A DNA stretch of 64,000 nucleotides from Thermoplasmatales archaeon SG8-52-3 (GCA_001595915.1 LSSG01000053.1:3416-67415); one strand, 5' to 3'; numbered from the stretch's first letter, positions 48,691 to 59,641 are shown. Notes: generated from the sequence alone by a model not told the origin. A program made the numbers and translations.

Positions 48691-49578
48691 TTATTGATTC
48701 TTAATTTCATTTATACGCTTATTAAGATCCTTTTTTAGCTCTATTGAAATATCTCGTTTTGTAAATGCATCAGCTTTTGCAGCTATTGCGATTTTTGATG
48801 CTAAAATTCTAGCAATTTTGCCTCTTTTTTCTCTAAATGCTTTATTAATTAAGGAATGCTGGAATATAACACCATGTTTTGGTGGTTTTCCACCCTCTTT
48901 TTTATATCTAAAAAGAGCTTTTTCAGCACCTAAAATCTGAATTGTAGAACCAGGTAATGTTGCTAATTTTATTAATCCTGATGAATGTGAAATCAAACGT
49001 GCTCCAATAAGAGGACCAATTATACTAGTAATATTTGGAGAAATTCTTAACATGTCCTTTTCAATTTGTTTTTCCAATGATTTTATTTCATTATTAATTG
49101 TCGTATAAGCGTTAATTAAAGGTTGTATTTTTTCTTTTGGAGTTGGAATCATAGACCAACTTTCTATACGTTCATATAATAGATTTGATGTTTGAATAAA
49201 ATCATCTAATGTATTTACCATTTGAATTATTTGAAGATCTTTGGATTCTAATTTTTTATCAACATTTTTTTTAGTTGCTAGATTTGTTGCTCTATAAAGA
49301 AGTTCTTTTGAAAAACCATAATCTTCATGTGAAATACTAATTTTTTTAAAAATAGTATCAAATGGTTTATATTCTCCAATTTTTTTTAATCTTTTTTCAT
49401 TTACAATAATTTCTTTCTTATTTTTTACTATATCTTTTTCTTCTTTAAGTATCTCATTTTGTTTGATTTTAATTATTTTGTTTGAAATTGTTTTTGTATC
49501 TTTTGAAAACAAAATTTTATCAATTATTTTTTCTCCATCGTATAAAAACACGCCAAACCATTTGGTAAATAGATACAT
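48691..49578 (-). CDS. nop5: C/D-box snoRNP protein Nop5 (Nop56/58) homolog, short form
   Basis: NOP5 N-terminal segment (MYLFTKWFGVFLYDGEK), coiled coil, Nop domain (GGKPPKHGVIFQHSLINKAFREKRGKIAR). Confidence 0.6.
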   Translation of the reverse strand: MYLFTKWFGVFLYDGEKIIDKILFSKDTKTISNKIIKIKQNEILKEEKDIVKNKKEIIVNEKRLKKIGEYKPFDTIFKKISISHEDYGFSKELLYRATNLATKKNVDKKLESKDLQIIQMVNTLDDFIQTSNLLYERIESWSMIPTPKEKIQPLINAYTTINNEIKSLEKQIEKDMLRISPNITSIIGPLIGARLISHSSGLIKLATLPGSTIQILGAEKALFRYKKEGGKPPKHGVIFQHSLINKAFREKRGKIARILASKIAIAAKADAFTKRDISIELKKDLNKRINEIKNQ

Positions 49579-49667
49579 TTAAAAATACAGTATTAAGTAA
49601 TTTTTAATGTAGTTTGCGTAAAAATAATTTAAAATATTAGTTTATACTTTAAGGGTGAGGTGTTAAT

Positions 49668-50576
49668 CTGGAAAAACTGGAAGTTAATATAGCATCTCTT
49701 AAATTAGATAACCCATTGATTCTTGCTTCAGGTTTAATGGATGAAGATGCAGGAAGCATGGAACGTATTTTTAATAATGGTGCTGGCGCAATTGTAACAA
49801 AATCTATTGGATTAAAACCGCGTGATGGTTATCCAAATCCAACCATAATTGAATTAGAACATGGAATTTTAAATGCTGTTGGTTTACCAAATCCAGGAAT
49901 AGAAAATTTTAAGGATGAAATTCTTACCCTTAAAAAATCAAATATACCTATTATTGGTAGCATCTTTGGTTCAGATTCTAAAGAATTTGTAACACTTGCT
50001 AAAAAAATGCAAAATTATGGTGTTAACGCATTAGAACTAAACATGAGTTGCCCTCATGCAAAAGGATATGGATTAGAAATTGGTTGTGACCCTGATCTAG
50101 TAAAAGAAATTACTTCGCAAGTAAAAAAATCAACAAAAATACCTATTTTTGTTAAGATTTCACCAAACTTATCAAACATTATTGATATTGCTAAATCAGC
50201 AAAAGAGGGAAATGCAGATGGAATAGTAGCAATTAATACCGTAAAAGCAATGAAGATAAATCTTGAATTAAAAATACCAGTTCTTTCAAATAAAATTGGT
50301 GGATATTCTGGAAATGCTATAAAACCGATTGGTATTCGTTGTGTTTATGAAATAAAAGAAAACATTGATATTCAAATAATCGGGGTTGGTGGGATAACAA
50401 CAGGTAATGATGTAATAGAGTATTTTATGGCAGGTGCATCTGCTGTTCAAATAGGTTCAGGAATATACTATAGAGGAGTTGATGTTTTCAAAAAAATTAA
50501 AAATGAAATTATTTCCTGGATGAAATCCCATAATATAGATAATATTTCAGAGTTAATTGGAGTTGCACATAAATGA
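49668..50576 (+). CDS. pyrD: Dihydroorotate dehydrogenase catalytic subunit (class 1B); apparent CUG start
   Basis: The conserved N-terminus (EKLEVNIASLKLDNPLILASG) lies upstream of the first TTG/ATG. GGTGAGGTG sits 5 nt before CTG 49668. Also SCPH and GGI motifs. Confidence 0.8.
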   Translation: MEKLEVNIASLKLDNPLILASGLMDEDAGSMERIFNNGAGAIVTKSIGLKPRDGYPNPTIIELEHGILNAVGLPNPGIENFKDEILTLKKSNIPIIGSIFGSDSKEFVTLAKKMQNYGVNALELNMSCPHAKGYGLEIGCDPDLVKEITSQVKKSTKIPIFVKISPNLSNIIDIAKSAKEGNADGIVAINTVKAMKINLELKIPVLSNKIGGYSGNAIKPIGIRCVYEIKENIDIQIIGVGGITTGNDVIEYFMAGASAVQIGSGIYYRGVDVFKKIKNEIISWMKSHNIDNISELIGVAHK

Positions 50577-51352
50577 ACAATCCAAAAGTTATCGAAATTC
50601 TTGAAACAATAACAGAAACAACTGATGTAAAAACAATTAAATTTGATTTTGAAGGAGACATCATTCCTGGCCAATTTTTTATGATTTGGATTCCAAATAT
50701 TGATGAAATTCCTATGAGTGTGTCTTATATTGATAAAAAAGTAAAAGGAATAACTTTCAAGATAGTTGGAAATGCAACTAAAGAATTATTTAATCTGAAA
50801 GTCGGTGATAAGATAGGAATTAGAGGCCCTTATGGAAATGGTTTTAGTATTATTGGAAATAATATTTTATGTGTAGCTGGAGGAACTGGGATTGCAATGA
50901 TTGCTCCTTCAGTTGAATCAGCAAAAAAAAGAAATATTAATACTACTGTTCTACTTGGAGTAAAAAATAAAAACGAATTATTTTTTGAAAATAGAATTAA
51001 GAAAACTGGTGCAAATCTATTTGTAAGTACAGATGATGGCTCTTATGGATATAAGGGTTTTGTAACTAGTTTAGCAAAAGATATAATTTTAAATAATAAA
51101 TTTGATCAAATTTTAACTTGTGGTCCTGAGTTGATGATGAAAAAGTTATTAGAGATATCTAATAACATTTCCTTTCAAGCATCTCTTGAAAGATACATGA
51201 AGTGTGGATTTGGATTATGTGGACAATGCTGTATTGGTAAAGGACTTCGAGTCTGTAAAGAAGGTCCTGTTTTTGATGAAACAACTTTGAAGAAAACTGA
51301 AGATTTTGGTGTCTATAAAAGAGATGCTTCAGGAACAAAAATTAAATTTTAA
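50573..51352 (+). CDS. pyrK: Dihydroorotate dehydrogenase electron-transfer subunit (FAD/2Fe-2S)
   Basis: C-terminal CGFGLCGQCC cluster. Overlaps the pyrD stop. Confidence 0.85.
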   Translation: MNNPKVIEILETITETTDVKTIKFDFEGDIIPGQFFMIWIPNIDEIPMSVSYIDKKVKGITFKIVGNATKELFNLKVGDKIGIRGPYGNGFSIIGNNILCVAGGTGIAMIAPSVESAKKRNINTTVLLGVKNKNELFFENRIKKTGANLFVSTDDGSYGYKGFVTSLAKDIILNNKFDQILTCGPELMMKKLLEISNNISFQASLERYMKCGFGLCGQCCIGKGLRVCKEGPVFDETTLKKTEDFGVYKRDASGTKIKF

Positions 51353-51369
51353 TAATGGGGGGATTAAAT

Positions 51370-51789
51370 ATGAGCTCTTATAATGAGGAAATAAATATTA
51401 AGACAAAAGGAGAAGTTGACATTATAGATATTACAAACCAAGTTCAATCTATTGTTAATAAATCTAAGATTAATACTGGGATTGCTTGCATATTTGTACC
51501 TGGATCAACTGGTGCAATTACAACCATTGAATATGAACCTGGTCTTAAGAAGGATTTACCAAGAGCTCTCCAAAAAATTGCACCAAAGGGAGAACATTAC
51601 AATCATCATGAAACATGGCATGATGACAATGGTCATTCTCACGTAAGAGCTAGTTTGATGGGACCTAGTTTAACAATTCCTCTAATTAATGGAAGAGTAA
51701 TTCATGGAACCTGGCAACAGATAGTTTTTATTGAACTGGATACAAGTCCTAGAAATAGAAATTTAATAGTTCAGATTGTAGGAGAATAA
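51370..51789 (+). CDS. YjbQ/UPF0047-family protein
   Basis: HSHVRASLMGPSLTIPLINGRVIHGTWQQI matches the YjbQ core. GGGGGG SD before ATG 51370. Confidence 0.65.
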   Translation: MSSYNEEINIKTKGEVDIIDITNQVQSIVNKSKINTGIACIFVPGSTGAITTIEYEPGLKKDLPRALQKIAPKGEHYNHHETWHDDNGHSHVRASLMGPSLTIPLINGRVIHGTWQQIVFIELDTSPRNRNLIVQIVGE

Positions 51790-51792
51790 TTT

Positions 51793-52302
51793 TTACCATT
51801 TATTTTTGTGAATTCTTGCACTATTGTATCTATTTACCTTATCTTGTTTAACTGCAGGATATCCTAATGAAATTAGTGAAAGAGGGATTACATTTTCTGG
51901 AATTTTCAATAATTTTCTTATTCCTAATACTCTATCTTCTCTAGGAAATAAACCTAACCAGCAACTTCCAAGTCCTTTTGCTCTTGCTGCAATAAGAATA
52001 TTTTCAGTAGCTGCAGAGCAATCTTGAACCCAAAAACCTTTATTTGTTTCTATTTCTAAATCTCCACAAACTATAATTGCTATTTGAGCACCAGGTAGCA
52101 TTTTTGAATAAGGGTGAAAATCTGTAATTTTATTTATTATTTTACTATCATCTAAAATTATAAAATGCCATGGTTGTTGATTACCTGCAGATGGAGCACT
52201 AAATCCTACGTTTATTAAATCATTTATAATTTCATCTGAAATTTTTTTATTTTTATAAGTTCTTACACTTCTTCTTGTTAATATTGCTTCTATTGCATCC
52301 AT
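51793..52302 (-). CDS. Nitroreductase-family protein
   Basis: SAGNQQPWHFII and LGSCWLG motifs. Confidence 0.75.
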   Translation of the reverse strand: MDAIEAILTRRSVRTYKNKKISDEIINDLINVGFSAPSAGNQQPWHFIILDDSKIINKITDFHPYSKMLPGAQIAIIVCGDLEIETNKGFWVQDCSAATENILIAARAKGLGSCWLGLFPREDRVLGIRKLLKIPENVIPLSLISLGYPAVKQDKVNRYNSARIHKNKW

Positions 52303-52457
52303 AGATACACCTTATAAATTTATGTATTAAAAATAGTTTTAATATAATTAATTTTCGAATTTGAAATAAATAGTTATTGTTATAAAAAAATTTTTTACAA
52401 AATATTAATATATTATTAAAATAACTTCTATATATACCTTTGATTAAAAGGTGTACT

Positions 52458-55400
52458 ATGCGAAAAAATAAGATATGGTTAGTTTATATTTCATTAATAC
52501 TGTTAATATTACCAGTGTTAACCATATCTTCATTATCTCAAGACGTTACTATACCAGAATGGAATAAGGCATGGTCATTTAAAGAAGAGATTATTCTACC
52601 AATATCAACATTCAGATCTCAAGCTATTTATCAACCAATAGATATGCGTATAGATTTTGTCAATCCATGCTGGGGAAAAAATGAAGATGAACACTCTATA
52701 AGAGTGTGCTCATGGGATGGAAGTACATGGCATGAATTAGAATCACAAATTTATGACATTGAATTCAAAGATCAAAATTATATATCTAATTGTAGAATCG
52801 TTTTTCTTGTTCCAAGTTTTGCAAATGGAAAAGAACTATATTTTGTATTCTATGATGATAGTGAAAAAGCATCAACAAAGTATGTAGATCATGTAAGTAT
52901 TGAAGACTCATATTATTTCTATGCTCCTATCTCAGGTGTTTCTATTGAAAGTGAATTCTACAAAATTTCTGAAGACGGATTTTGCATCTATGGAATTGGA
53001 CAAAAAGGAAAAATTATTTATCGTGGATTATCCCAAGGAATAATAAAAATGAAGCCAAATTCTATAGATTTTGATACAGCAAATTTTGACAATTTGGCTT
53101 CTTTCATTTTATCATATCAACATGGAAAGGATGATGAAGATGAGGTCTCATCTGACCAAGTTCTAGTATCAAAAGAAATCACTGTTGATGGAAATTTAAT
53201 GGTTGAGTTTAGAATTGTCAGTGAATCTAATAGTCAACATCTAAGAACAAATAATTTATACAAATATTATTACTGTCCTACAGATGAAAAAAGAATTTCT
53301 GTTCATGTTAGACATCAGGTTCTTAAAGAATCAGAAGTAACAGGAATTGAAAATGTTGATGGAAGATATGGAGTATTAGCTTCTGTTCAATCAAAAAGTG
53401 GAAGAATAAAAAGAATGCGTTTTGGAGAAATTTTACCATATATACATCTCTTTAGCGAAAATAACATTGTAAAAGAATACAGATTAAATATTGATCCAGA
53501 AAATTTGGAAAGAGAATGGGTAATTCCTTATACTGATGATTGCGACCTGGGAGAAGATGCTTGGATTTCTTATGATGAAGGTGAAACAGGAAAAGCTTTT
53601 GGAATAATATTTTCGTCAAATAAGAATATTGTTAAATCAGGTACTAATGAAAGAGATGGAATTCAAGTTACCTCTGCTGAAAGAGAATATTTAAAAATTC
53701 TTGGAACAGAAATTGATTATACTTCAATAAGTTTCGGAAGAAATTCATATGAAAAAGGTAGTAAACATGATTTAACAATTGCAGGAGATTTAGTAGTTGA
53801 ATATGATGCAGAATTTTATACATCAGAAACAGGTGGATTTAAAGAAGTAATTTCAGAATCAGAATATTTTCCAGATCTAATAAAATATCGTCATGAAGGT
53901 GAGGATGATTTTGAGAACGGTGAAAAAGATATACACACTTTAACAGTTTATCCACATTTATTAGGTAGAATAATAAACATTCCCTTTTTAAGAAGTATAT
54001 TTGATAGATTTACCTTATCAGCAGAATTATATCAAAAAGATCAATTATATTCAAAAGGCGAATATTTTAAACCAATTATTGGAAAACCATTATTCAAATT
54101 TATTAAAATTGCACCTGGAGATTATATTATAAAAATATTCAGAAGGATTGGCAATTATGAGAGAATTATTGGATTAAAACCTATAACTATTAATCATGAT
54201 GAATTTACTCGTATTTTTTGTACATGGCAAAATAAAATTAAAATCACTACAAGAAACCAAGAAAAAGCAAGAGTTGAAAATATTGAATTAACTTTATTAC
54301 AAAATAATTCAATTGTATTTGTTAATAAAACAAATCAAAATGAAGATATTTTTCTAAAAATACCATATAATCTCTTTGAAATGTATGTTTTAAAAGCATA
54401 TTATAAAGGTTTTAAGATATTTGATAAGGAAATTTCGAATAGAGAAAAAAATATTGATATAATCTTAGATTTATATGATTTAAAAATAGAAGTCAAAGAT
54501 AAGTTAGGATTTTCACCAGGAGTTAATCTAAGACCAATATTAACTAGTTCTGAAATGGAAATTCTAAATGAAATAACTCCAAAAGAAGCTAGTAATGGCA
54601 TATTTATATTCAATAATCTACCTTCTGCAAAATATAAATTTCAAATAACTTACGGGCGATTTACTGACGAATTATTTATTGACGTTCCAGAGGACGGAGA
54701 CATAAATAATTTAAAATTTTCAGCTTTATTTGAGCTTAAAACTAAATTGTTAAATTCTAGAGGAAATATAATCAAAGATGAGAATTACAAAATAAATATT
54801 TTAAGAGATGGAGAAACTATATATGATAATATCTCCCCAGATAATCCATTGATAATGCCGCCTGGAAAATATACAATTCAAGCACATAATGATGATGAGT
54901 TAGTCGGAATAAAAGTAGTTGAATTAAGTAGTGATAAAGATATTAACATTGTTACAAAAATTAAACCCTTTCTTCCAATTTTGGTTACTGGTATTGTTTT
55001 ACTATTTATTTGTGAGATAGTTGTTTTACTTTTATTTAAAAAATTTTCGTTAAATACATTTTTAAAATTATTAGCTCTCGCACTGGTATTTCTTTCAATA
55101 TTTCAACCTTGGTGGACTTTGAATGGATATAATGATTCTACTTTTGCAGAGAAAAATACTGAAATGTTTATTGTTTCTGGAACAATGATAGAAAAAATCA
55201 AATATCAAGATGAAACATATCTTGAACTTGCAACCTTACCAGAAATGTTTACAGATTTTCTTGGTATTCTTCTAATAATAATATATTCAGGAATAATCTT
55301 ACTTAGCTTAAGTTTTATTCCAAATATTCTATTAAGAAGAAGATATTTTTTAGTATTAATATCAGCAAGTATTTTATTTTTACTTTTAGTTTCAATTGCA

Positions 55401-55631
55401 TTTTCTTATGGAATGTCTAAAATTACAGAGCTTACTTTGGGAAGTTTAAATGGTGAAGCTCCTCTTGATGTAATACTTCCAAATGGCGAAACAACATGTA
55501 TGCTTTCTAATTGGGGATTAGGGACAGGGTTTTATCTTTGTGTTCTTTCCTCAATTATTCTTCTAATTGCAGGAGTAATTGATTATATGAGAAGAAAAAA
55601 GTGGCCAAAGAAAATTTTGAGGATAATATAA
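52458..55631 (+). CDS. Large (about 1058 aa) exported protein with C-terminal polytopic membrane region
   Basis: Signal/anchor at the N-terminus, a long beta-rich ectodomain, and about 6 TM helices in the last 250 aa. No family recognised. Confidence 0.5.
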   Translation: MRKNKIWLVYISLILLILPVLTISSLSQDVTIPEWNKAWSFKEEIILPISTFRSQAIYQPIDMRIDFVNPCWGKNEDEHSIRVCSWDGSTWHELESQIYDIEFKDQNYISNCRIVFLVPSFANGKELYFVFYDDSEKASTKYVDHVSIEDSYYFYAPISGVSIESEFYKISEDGFCIYGIGQKGKIIYRGLSQGIIKMKPNSIDFDTANFDNLASFILSYQHGKDDEDEVSSDQVLVSKEITVDGNLMVEFRIVSESNSQHLRTNNLYKYYYCPTDEKRISVHVRHQVLKESEVTGIENVDGRYGVLASVQSKSGRIKRMRFGEILPYIHLFSENNIVKEYRLNIDPENLEREWVIPYTDDCDLGEDAWISYDEGETGKAFGIIFSSNKNIVKSGTNERDGIQVTSAEREYLKILGTEIDYTSISFGRNSYEKGSKHDLTIAGDLVVEYDAEFYTSETGGFKEVISESEYFPDLIKYRHEGEDDFENGEKDIHTLTVYPHLLGRIINIPFLRSIFDRFTLSAELYQKDQLYSKGEYFKPIIGKPLFKFIKIAPGDYIIKIFRRIGNYERIIGLKPITINHDEFTRIFCTWQNKIKITTRNQEKARVENIELTLLQNNSIVFVNKTNQNEDIFLKIPYNLFEMYVLKAYYKGFKIFDKEISNREKNIDIILDLYDLKIEVKDKLGFSPGVNLRPILTSSEMEILNEITPKEASNGIFIFNNLPSAKYKFQITYGRFTDELFIDVPEDGDINNLKFSALFELKTKLLNSRGNIIKDENYKINILRDGETIYDNISPDNPLIMPPGKYTIQAHNDDELVGIKVVELSSDKDINIVTKIKPFLPILVTGIVLLFICEIVVLLLFKKFSLNTFLKLLALALVFLSIFQPWWTLNGYNDSTFAEKNTEMFIVSGTMIEKIKYQDETYLELATLPEMFTDFLGILLIIIYSGIILLSLSFIPNILLRRRYFLVLISASILFLLLVSIAFSYGMSKITELTLGSLNGEAPLDVILPNGETTCMLSNWGLGTGFYLCVLSSIILLIAGVIDYMRRKKWPKKILRII

Positions 55632-55642
55632 ATTTAAAAAAG

Positions 55643-56143
55643 TTATCTTGATAAAGACCTTATTCTTTCTTCGCCATTTTTACTTTTAATAAAGTTAAAA
55701 ACTTCTTTTGGAACTAGTTCTTCCCACATTTCGTTTTTCATTATTTTATTTCTGATAATCTTTCCTGAATATCTTTCTTTATTATACAACAGTGTCTTTT
55801 TTACAATAAATCCTTTTTCTGAGAATAATTTTCCTGTAAAATCATTATTTGATAAAACAATATCAAAATCAGAAAAAATTGTAAGAACATGATCAACCCA
55901 TTTAGGTGGATTATGGATATCTGGAATAAATATAATTTTGTAATTTTTTATTTTTCTTTCTTTTAAGGTTTTATCAATCATAAATTTTCTTTCAATGTCA
56001 GAGAATGGATTTTCAATTGTATTGCTATATTGTGATGATCCAATTCCAATTATGATTATTTTATAATGTTTGGATGCTTCCTCTATAACTTTTAAATGTC
56101 CATTATGAAAAGGTTGGAAACGCCCAATAAATAAAGCATTCAT
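55643..56143 (-). CDS. nadM: Nicotinamide-nucleotide adenylyltransferase (archaeal NadM type)
   Basis: FIGRFQPFHNGH nucleotidyltransferase motif. 166 aa. Confidence 0.85.
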   Translation of the reverse strand: MNALFIGRFQPFHNGHLKVIEEASKHYKIIIIGIGSSQYSNTIENPFSDIERKFMIDKTLKERKIKNYKIIFIPDIHNPPKWVDHVLTIFSDFDIVLSNNDFTGKLFSEKGFIVKKTLLYNKERYSGKIIRNKIMKNEMWEELVPKEVFNFIKSKNGEERIRSLSR

Positions 56144-56213
56144 AATAATTCATAAAAAGAATACAAAGAATCATATAAAATGTTAATTAAATTCATGGTT
56201 TTAATTATAAAAA

Positions 56214-58262
56214 TTAATTTTGTTCTTTTTTTGTTTCAGTAGGGTAAGCTGATATCTTTTTTTCTGATTCAAGTTCTACTTTACCTGTTATATTCAAAGG
56301 TTTCATATCCCTTAGTTTACCAAGTAATTGCTCTTTTCCTGGACCAACAAGAGTATTTTCAATAACTTCAGTCAAAGTTTCAACAGGTATCACTTTTATT
56401 TTGTCTTTTAAGTTATCCTCTATTAAAACATCATTTAAATTTGCTTTTGGAACAAGCACCCGCTTAATCCCAGCTTTTGCTGCAGCTTCTACTTTTGCAG
56501 TTGCACCACCAATTGGAAGAACAGTTCCCCTTATACTTAGTGAACCTGTCATAGCAGTATCCTGTCTTACAGGTACATTTTCCATTGCAGAAATAACTGC
56601 AGTAATTACCGATATACTTGCTGAGTCACCTTCAAGACCTTCGTAAGTACCAATAAACTGAATATGAATATCTACTTCAGTAATATCCCTACCCATATAT
56701 TTCTTAATTATAGCAGAAATGTTTAATACAGATTCCTTTGCAATTTCACCAAGTTTACCTGTTGCAATAACCTTACCTTCAGATTGAGATCCAGCTGGTG
56801 TGACCTCAGCAACAATAGGTAAAACCAGACCAGAAAATTCACTCATAGAAGGATCTGCCGAATGAACTGCAAGTCCATTTACAACTCCGACCTCTTCTCC
56901 AGTTATTTTAAAGGATCTGTAATCCTTTCTCTGCTCTATTGCTCTATCCACAACCTGTTGTTCAAGTGACTTTGAAATTATTTTTGCTTTCATTACATGA
57001 TCGGTTGTAACAATCTTATCTCCTGCTTCATATGCAACATCACCAGCAGCACGAATAAGTCCACCAAGCTCTCTTAATCTGAGTGAAAGTTTACCTTTTC
57101 TTCCTGCACGTCTTTGAGCTTCATGAATTATTTCAGCAACAGCTTCACGATTAAAATGAGGTATTTTTTCATCTTTTTTAATTTCTTGAGCAACAAAACG
57201 GATAAGCTTAGTTCTATTTTCATCATTGTCATCCATGTTGCTATTTAGATAGACCTCATATCCATACCCTCTTATTCTAGAACGTAAAGCGGGATGCATA
57301 CCTTTTAATGCATCAAGATTTCCTGCCGAAACTAAAATAAAATCACATGGAACTGGTTCTGTTTTAACCATTGCTCCAAAGCTTCTTTCAGATTGCCCTG
57401 TTACTTGGAATTTTTTTTCTTGTATAGCTGTAAGTAAATGTTGTTGAGAAGGAAGATTTAATGTATTTATCTCATCAATATACAAAACACCCTTATGAGC
57501 TCTGTGTATTGCTCCTGCCTCAACCAACTGATGAGGCGGAGTTTCTAAACCTGCAGATTGGAAAGGATCATGTCTAACATCCCCTAATAAAGCTCCAGAA
57601 TGAGCAGCTGTTGCATCAACAAATGGTGGTAAATCATTTTTCTCATGAGCTACCAATATTTTAGGAACTTGCTGTAATTCTCTTCGTTGGAGTAGTGCAC
57701 CTCTTGAAAAAATTAAAAATATCATAAAAGCGACAATAATACCTATAAGAGCCCATTGAATCTGAACTTGATTAGGATCAAAACCATCTGCTGTCATAGC
57801 TGGAGCAATTGCTGCAAAAATCGAGAGAGCAATAATCATAAAAACAATAGTAATAATCATACTACTTTGTTGTTCCTTTTTTTTCTTAGCCTCCTCTCGT
57901 TGTGCTTTTACAATCTCATTTGCCTTACCACCAGGAACTACTCTAATGTGAGGAGTGTTTGAATCATCAGCATTTGGATATGCAATAATATCTTCAAGTT
58001 CTCCCTTAGGTAGAAAGGCTGTCATTGCTCTAGCAACCATAGACTTTCCAGTACCAGGATCTCCGATTAACATTACATGTCGTTTTTGTTCTGCAGCTTT
58101 TCTAACAATTTCAACAGATTTATCCTGTCCAATAACTTGATCTAATAAAAGATCAGGAACCTCAATATCTTTTGTTGTTTCAAAGTTTTGATTTTTAAAC
58201 CATTCTTCAATCGAGGGCATTTCTTTCCGTTTTTTATTATCTAATTCATCCACGTTGAACAC
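56214..58262 (-). CDS. lonB: Archaeal membrane-bound Lon protease LonB
   Basis: AAA+ Walker A GDPGTGKS. Two TM helices inserted in the AAA module. S16 protease Ser-Lys region (GDSASIS). Confidence 0.9.
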   Translation of the reverse strand: MFNVDELDNKKRKEMPSIEEWFKNQNFETTKDIEVPDLLLDQVIGQDKSVEIVRKAAEQKRHVMLIGDPGTGKSMVARAMTAFLPKGELEDIIAYPNADDSNTPHIRVVPGGKANEIVKAQREEAKKKKEQQSSMIITIVFMIIALSIFAAIAPAMTADGFDPNQVQIQWALIGIIVAFMIFLIFSRGALLQRRELQQVPKILVAHEKNDLPPFVDATAAHSGALLGDVRHDPFQSAGLETPPHQLVEAGAIHRAHKGVLYIDEINTLNLPSQQHLLTAIQEKKFQVTGQSERSFGAMVKTEPVPCDFILVSAGNLDALKGMHPALRSRIRGYGYEVYLNSNMDDNDENRTKLIRFVAQEIKKDEKIPHFNREAVAEIIHEAQRRAGRKGKLSLRLRELGGLIRAAGDVAYEAGDKIVTTDHVMKAKIISKSLEQQVVDRAIEQRKDYRSFKITGEEVGVVNGLAVHSADPSMSEFSGLVLPIVAEVTPAGSQSEGKVIATGKLGEIAKESVLNISAIIKKYMGRDITEVDIHIQFIGTYEGLEGDSASISVITAVISAMENVPVRQDTAMTGSLSIRGTVLPIGGATAKVEAAAKAGIKRVLVPKANLNDVLIEDNLKDKIKVIPVETLTEVIENTLVGPGKEQLLGKLRDMKPLNITGKVELESEKKISAYPTETKKEQN

Positions 58263-58392
58263 TATCTTAATTTTTTTACTGTTATATAATAAAACAATAT
58301 TTCAATGTTTCTTTAAATAAAAAAACTAGAAAATTTTATAAATATTTATTTAATTCAAAAAGACAAAATAAATTTTGGTGGAGGAGAAGGAT

Positions 58393-58818
58393 ATGGCAAA
58401 AGATATTTATACCAAAATTGGAAGCTGGGCATTCCTGATTGGCGTTCTTATTGCAATATTGGTTGGTCTTTATACTGCATTTACAATAGAATCTGAAGGT
58501 TCAGTAATAAACTCATTTATTTTTACTGAAACAGGTGGTTGGGTAATATGGGTTCTTGTAATAATTGGTGCAATTGTTGGAATTTTATCTTTTATTGGAA
58601 AAGGTACTATTACATCAAAAGAAGGTCCTACTTTTTTAATGGCTGGAATTGCTCTACTTGTCATGGCCGGTACATTCTGGGGCTGGACTGATGCTATAAC
58701 AGGACCCTGGATAGGAGCTTTATTTGCAGGTATTTCAATATGCTTAGCAATATTTGTTGCTCCAATTATTGGACTATTATCAATAAAAGCTATTTGGGAG
58801 ATGGGAAGAGAAGTTTAA
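58393..58818 (+). CDS. 141-aa integral membrane protein (paralog of 44566..44991)
   Basis: Start at ATG 58393 after GGAGGAGAAGG. Same length and conserved blocks as the other copy. Confidence 0.5.
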   Translation: MAKDIYTKIGSWAFLIGVLIAILVGLYTAFTIESEGSVINSFIFTETGGWVIWVLVIIGAIVGILSFIGKGTITSKEGPTFLMAGIALLVMAGTFWGWTDAITGPWIGALFAGISICLAIFVAPIIGLLSIKAIWEMGREV

Positions 58819-58837
58819 AAATTCCTTTTTTCCTTTT

Positions 58838-58996
58838 TTAATAAATAAGATAATATAGCAAAATTGAAAAAATTCCAATTATTAAAAAAACAATCCAGAG
58901 TATATAAGCAAATTTGATTCTAACCAACCATTTAGCCTTTTTATCTGGCGTATCAAAAAATCTTCCAATTATTGGATCTTCTTCAATTCTAGTCAT
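58838..58996 (-). CDS. 52-aa small membrane protein directly downstream of atpD
   Basis: MTRIEEDPIIGRFFDTPDKKAKW + one TM. Its start is 2 nt after the atpD stop. Below the size cutoff of the ORF track. Confidence 0.25.
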   Translation of the reverse strand: MTRIEEDPIIGRFFDTPDKKAKWLVRIKFAYILWIVFLIIGIFSILLYYLIY

Positions 58997-58997
58997 T

Positions 58998-59639
58998 TTA
59001 TTTTTTTGATTCAAGTATAGCTTTGATTCTTTTTCTTCTTAAAAAATCCTCACGTTCTCGTTCCTCAAGCTGCATTTCTATATACTTACGTGTAGCAATA
59101 AGTTTTGGTATCAAATTGTTCTCAAGAACATTTACTCTTCTTTTTGTTTTCTCTATTTCCACAGCAAGAGATTTTACTCCAGCTTCAAGATCTGCTAATT
59201 CAATTAATTTCTTAAGAATATGAGAGAAATTTACTTGAGCATCATCAAGTTTTGAACATGTTTCAAAAAATCCATAGGATGGTTTTATTTCATTTTTTAA
59301 ATTTTCTGCATTAATATTTGGAATTTTTACACCCATGATATTATCTGTTTCAAATAGAATATCGCCAATATTTTCAGTTAAATAAGATGACTCTTCAACC
59401 TTTCTTTCACCTAAAATCATCTGAGCTTGAATTAATGATAGATATGCATCTTTGAATTGCCCATCTATATCTTTTGATAATTGATTTTTTTTATCGATTA
59501 TATCAAAGAATCTTTCTACAAGAGCATCTCTTTTTTCTTCCAATAGTTTATGGCCTTTTTTTGCAAGTATCAATTTCTTGCGAATATCAAGTAAATCCAT
59601 TCTTGTTGGGCTTACACCCTCAAGTATTTGTTCTGCCAT
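58998..59639 (-). CDS. atpD: A1A0/V-type ATP synthase subunit D
   Basis: 213 aa coiled-coil protein. Operon position after atpB. Confidence 0.85.
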   Translation of the reverse strand: MAEQILEGVSPTRMDLLDIRKKLILAKKGHKLLEEKRDALVERFFDIIDKKNQLSKDIDGQFKDAYLSLIQAQMILGERKVEESSYLTENIGDILFETDNIMGVKIPNINAENLKNEIKPSYGFFETCSKLDDAQVNFSHILKKLIELADLEAGVKSLAVEIEKTKRRVNVLENNLIPKLIATRKYIEMQLEEREREDFLRRKRIKAILESKK

Positions 59640-59641
59640 AA

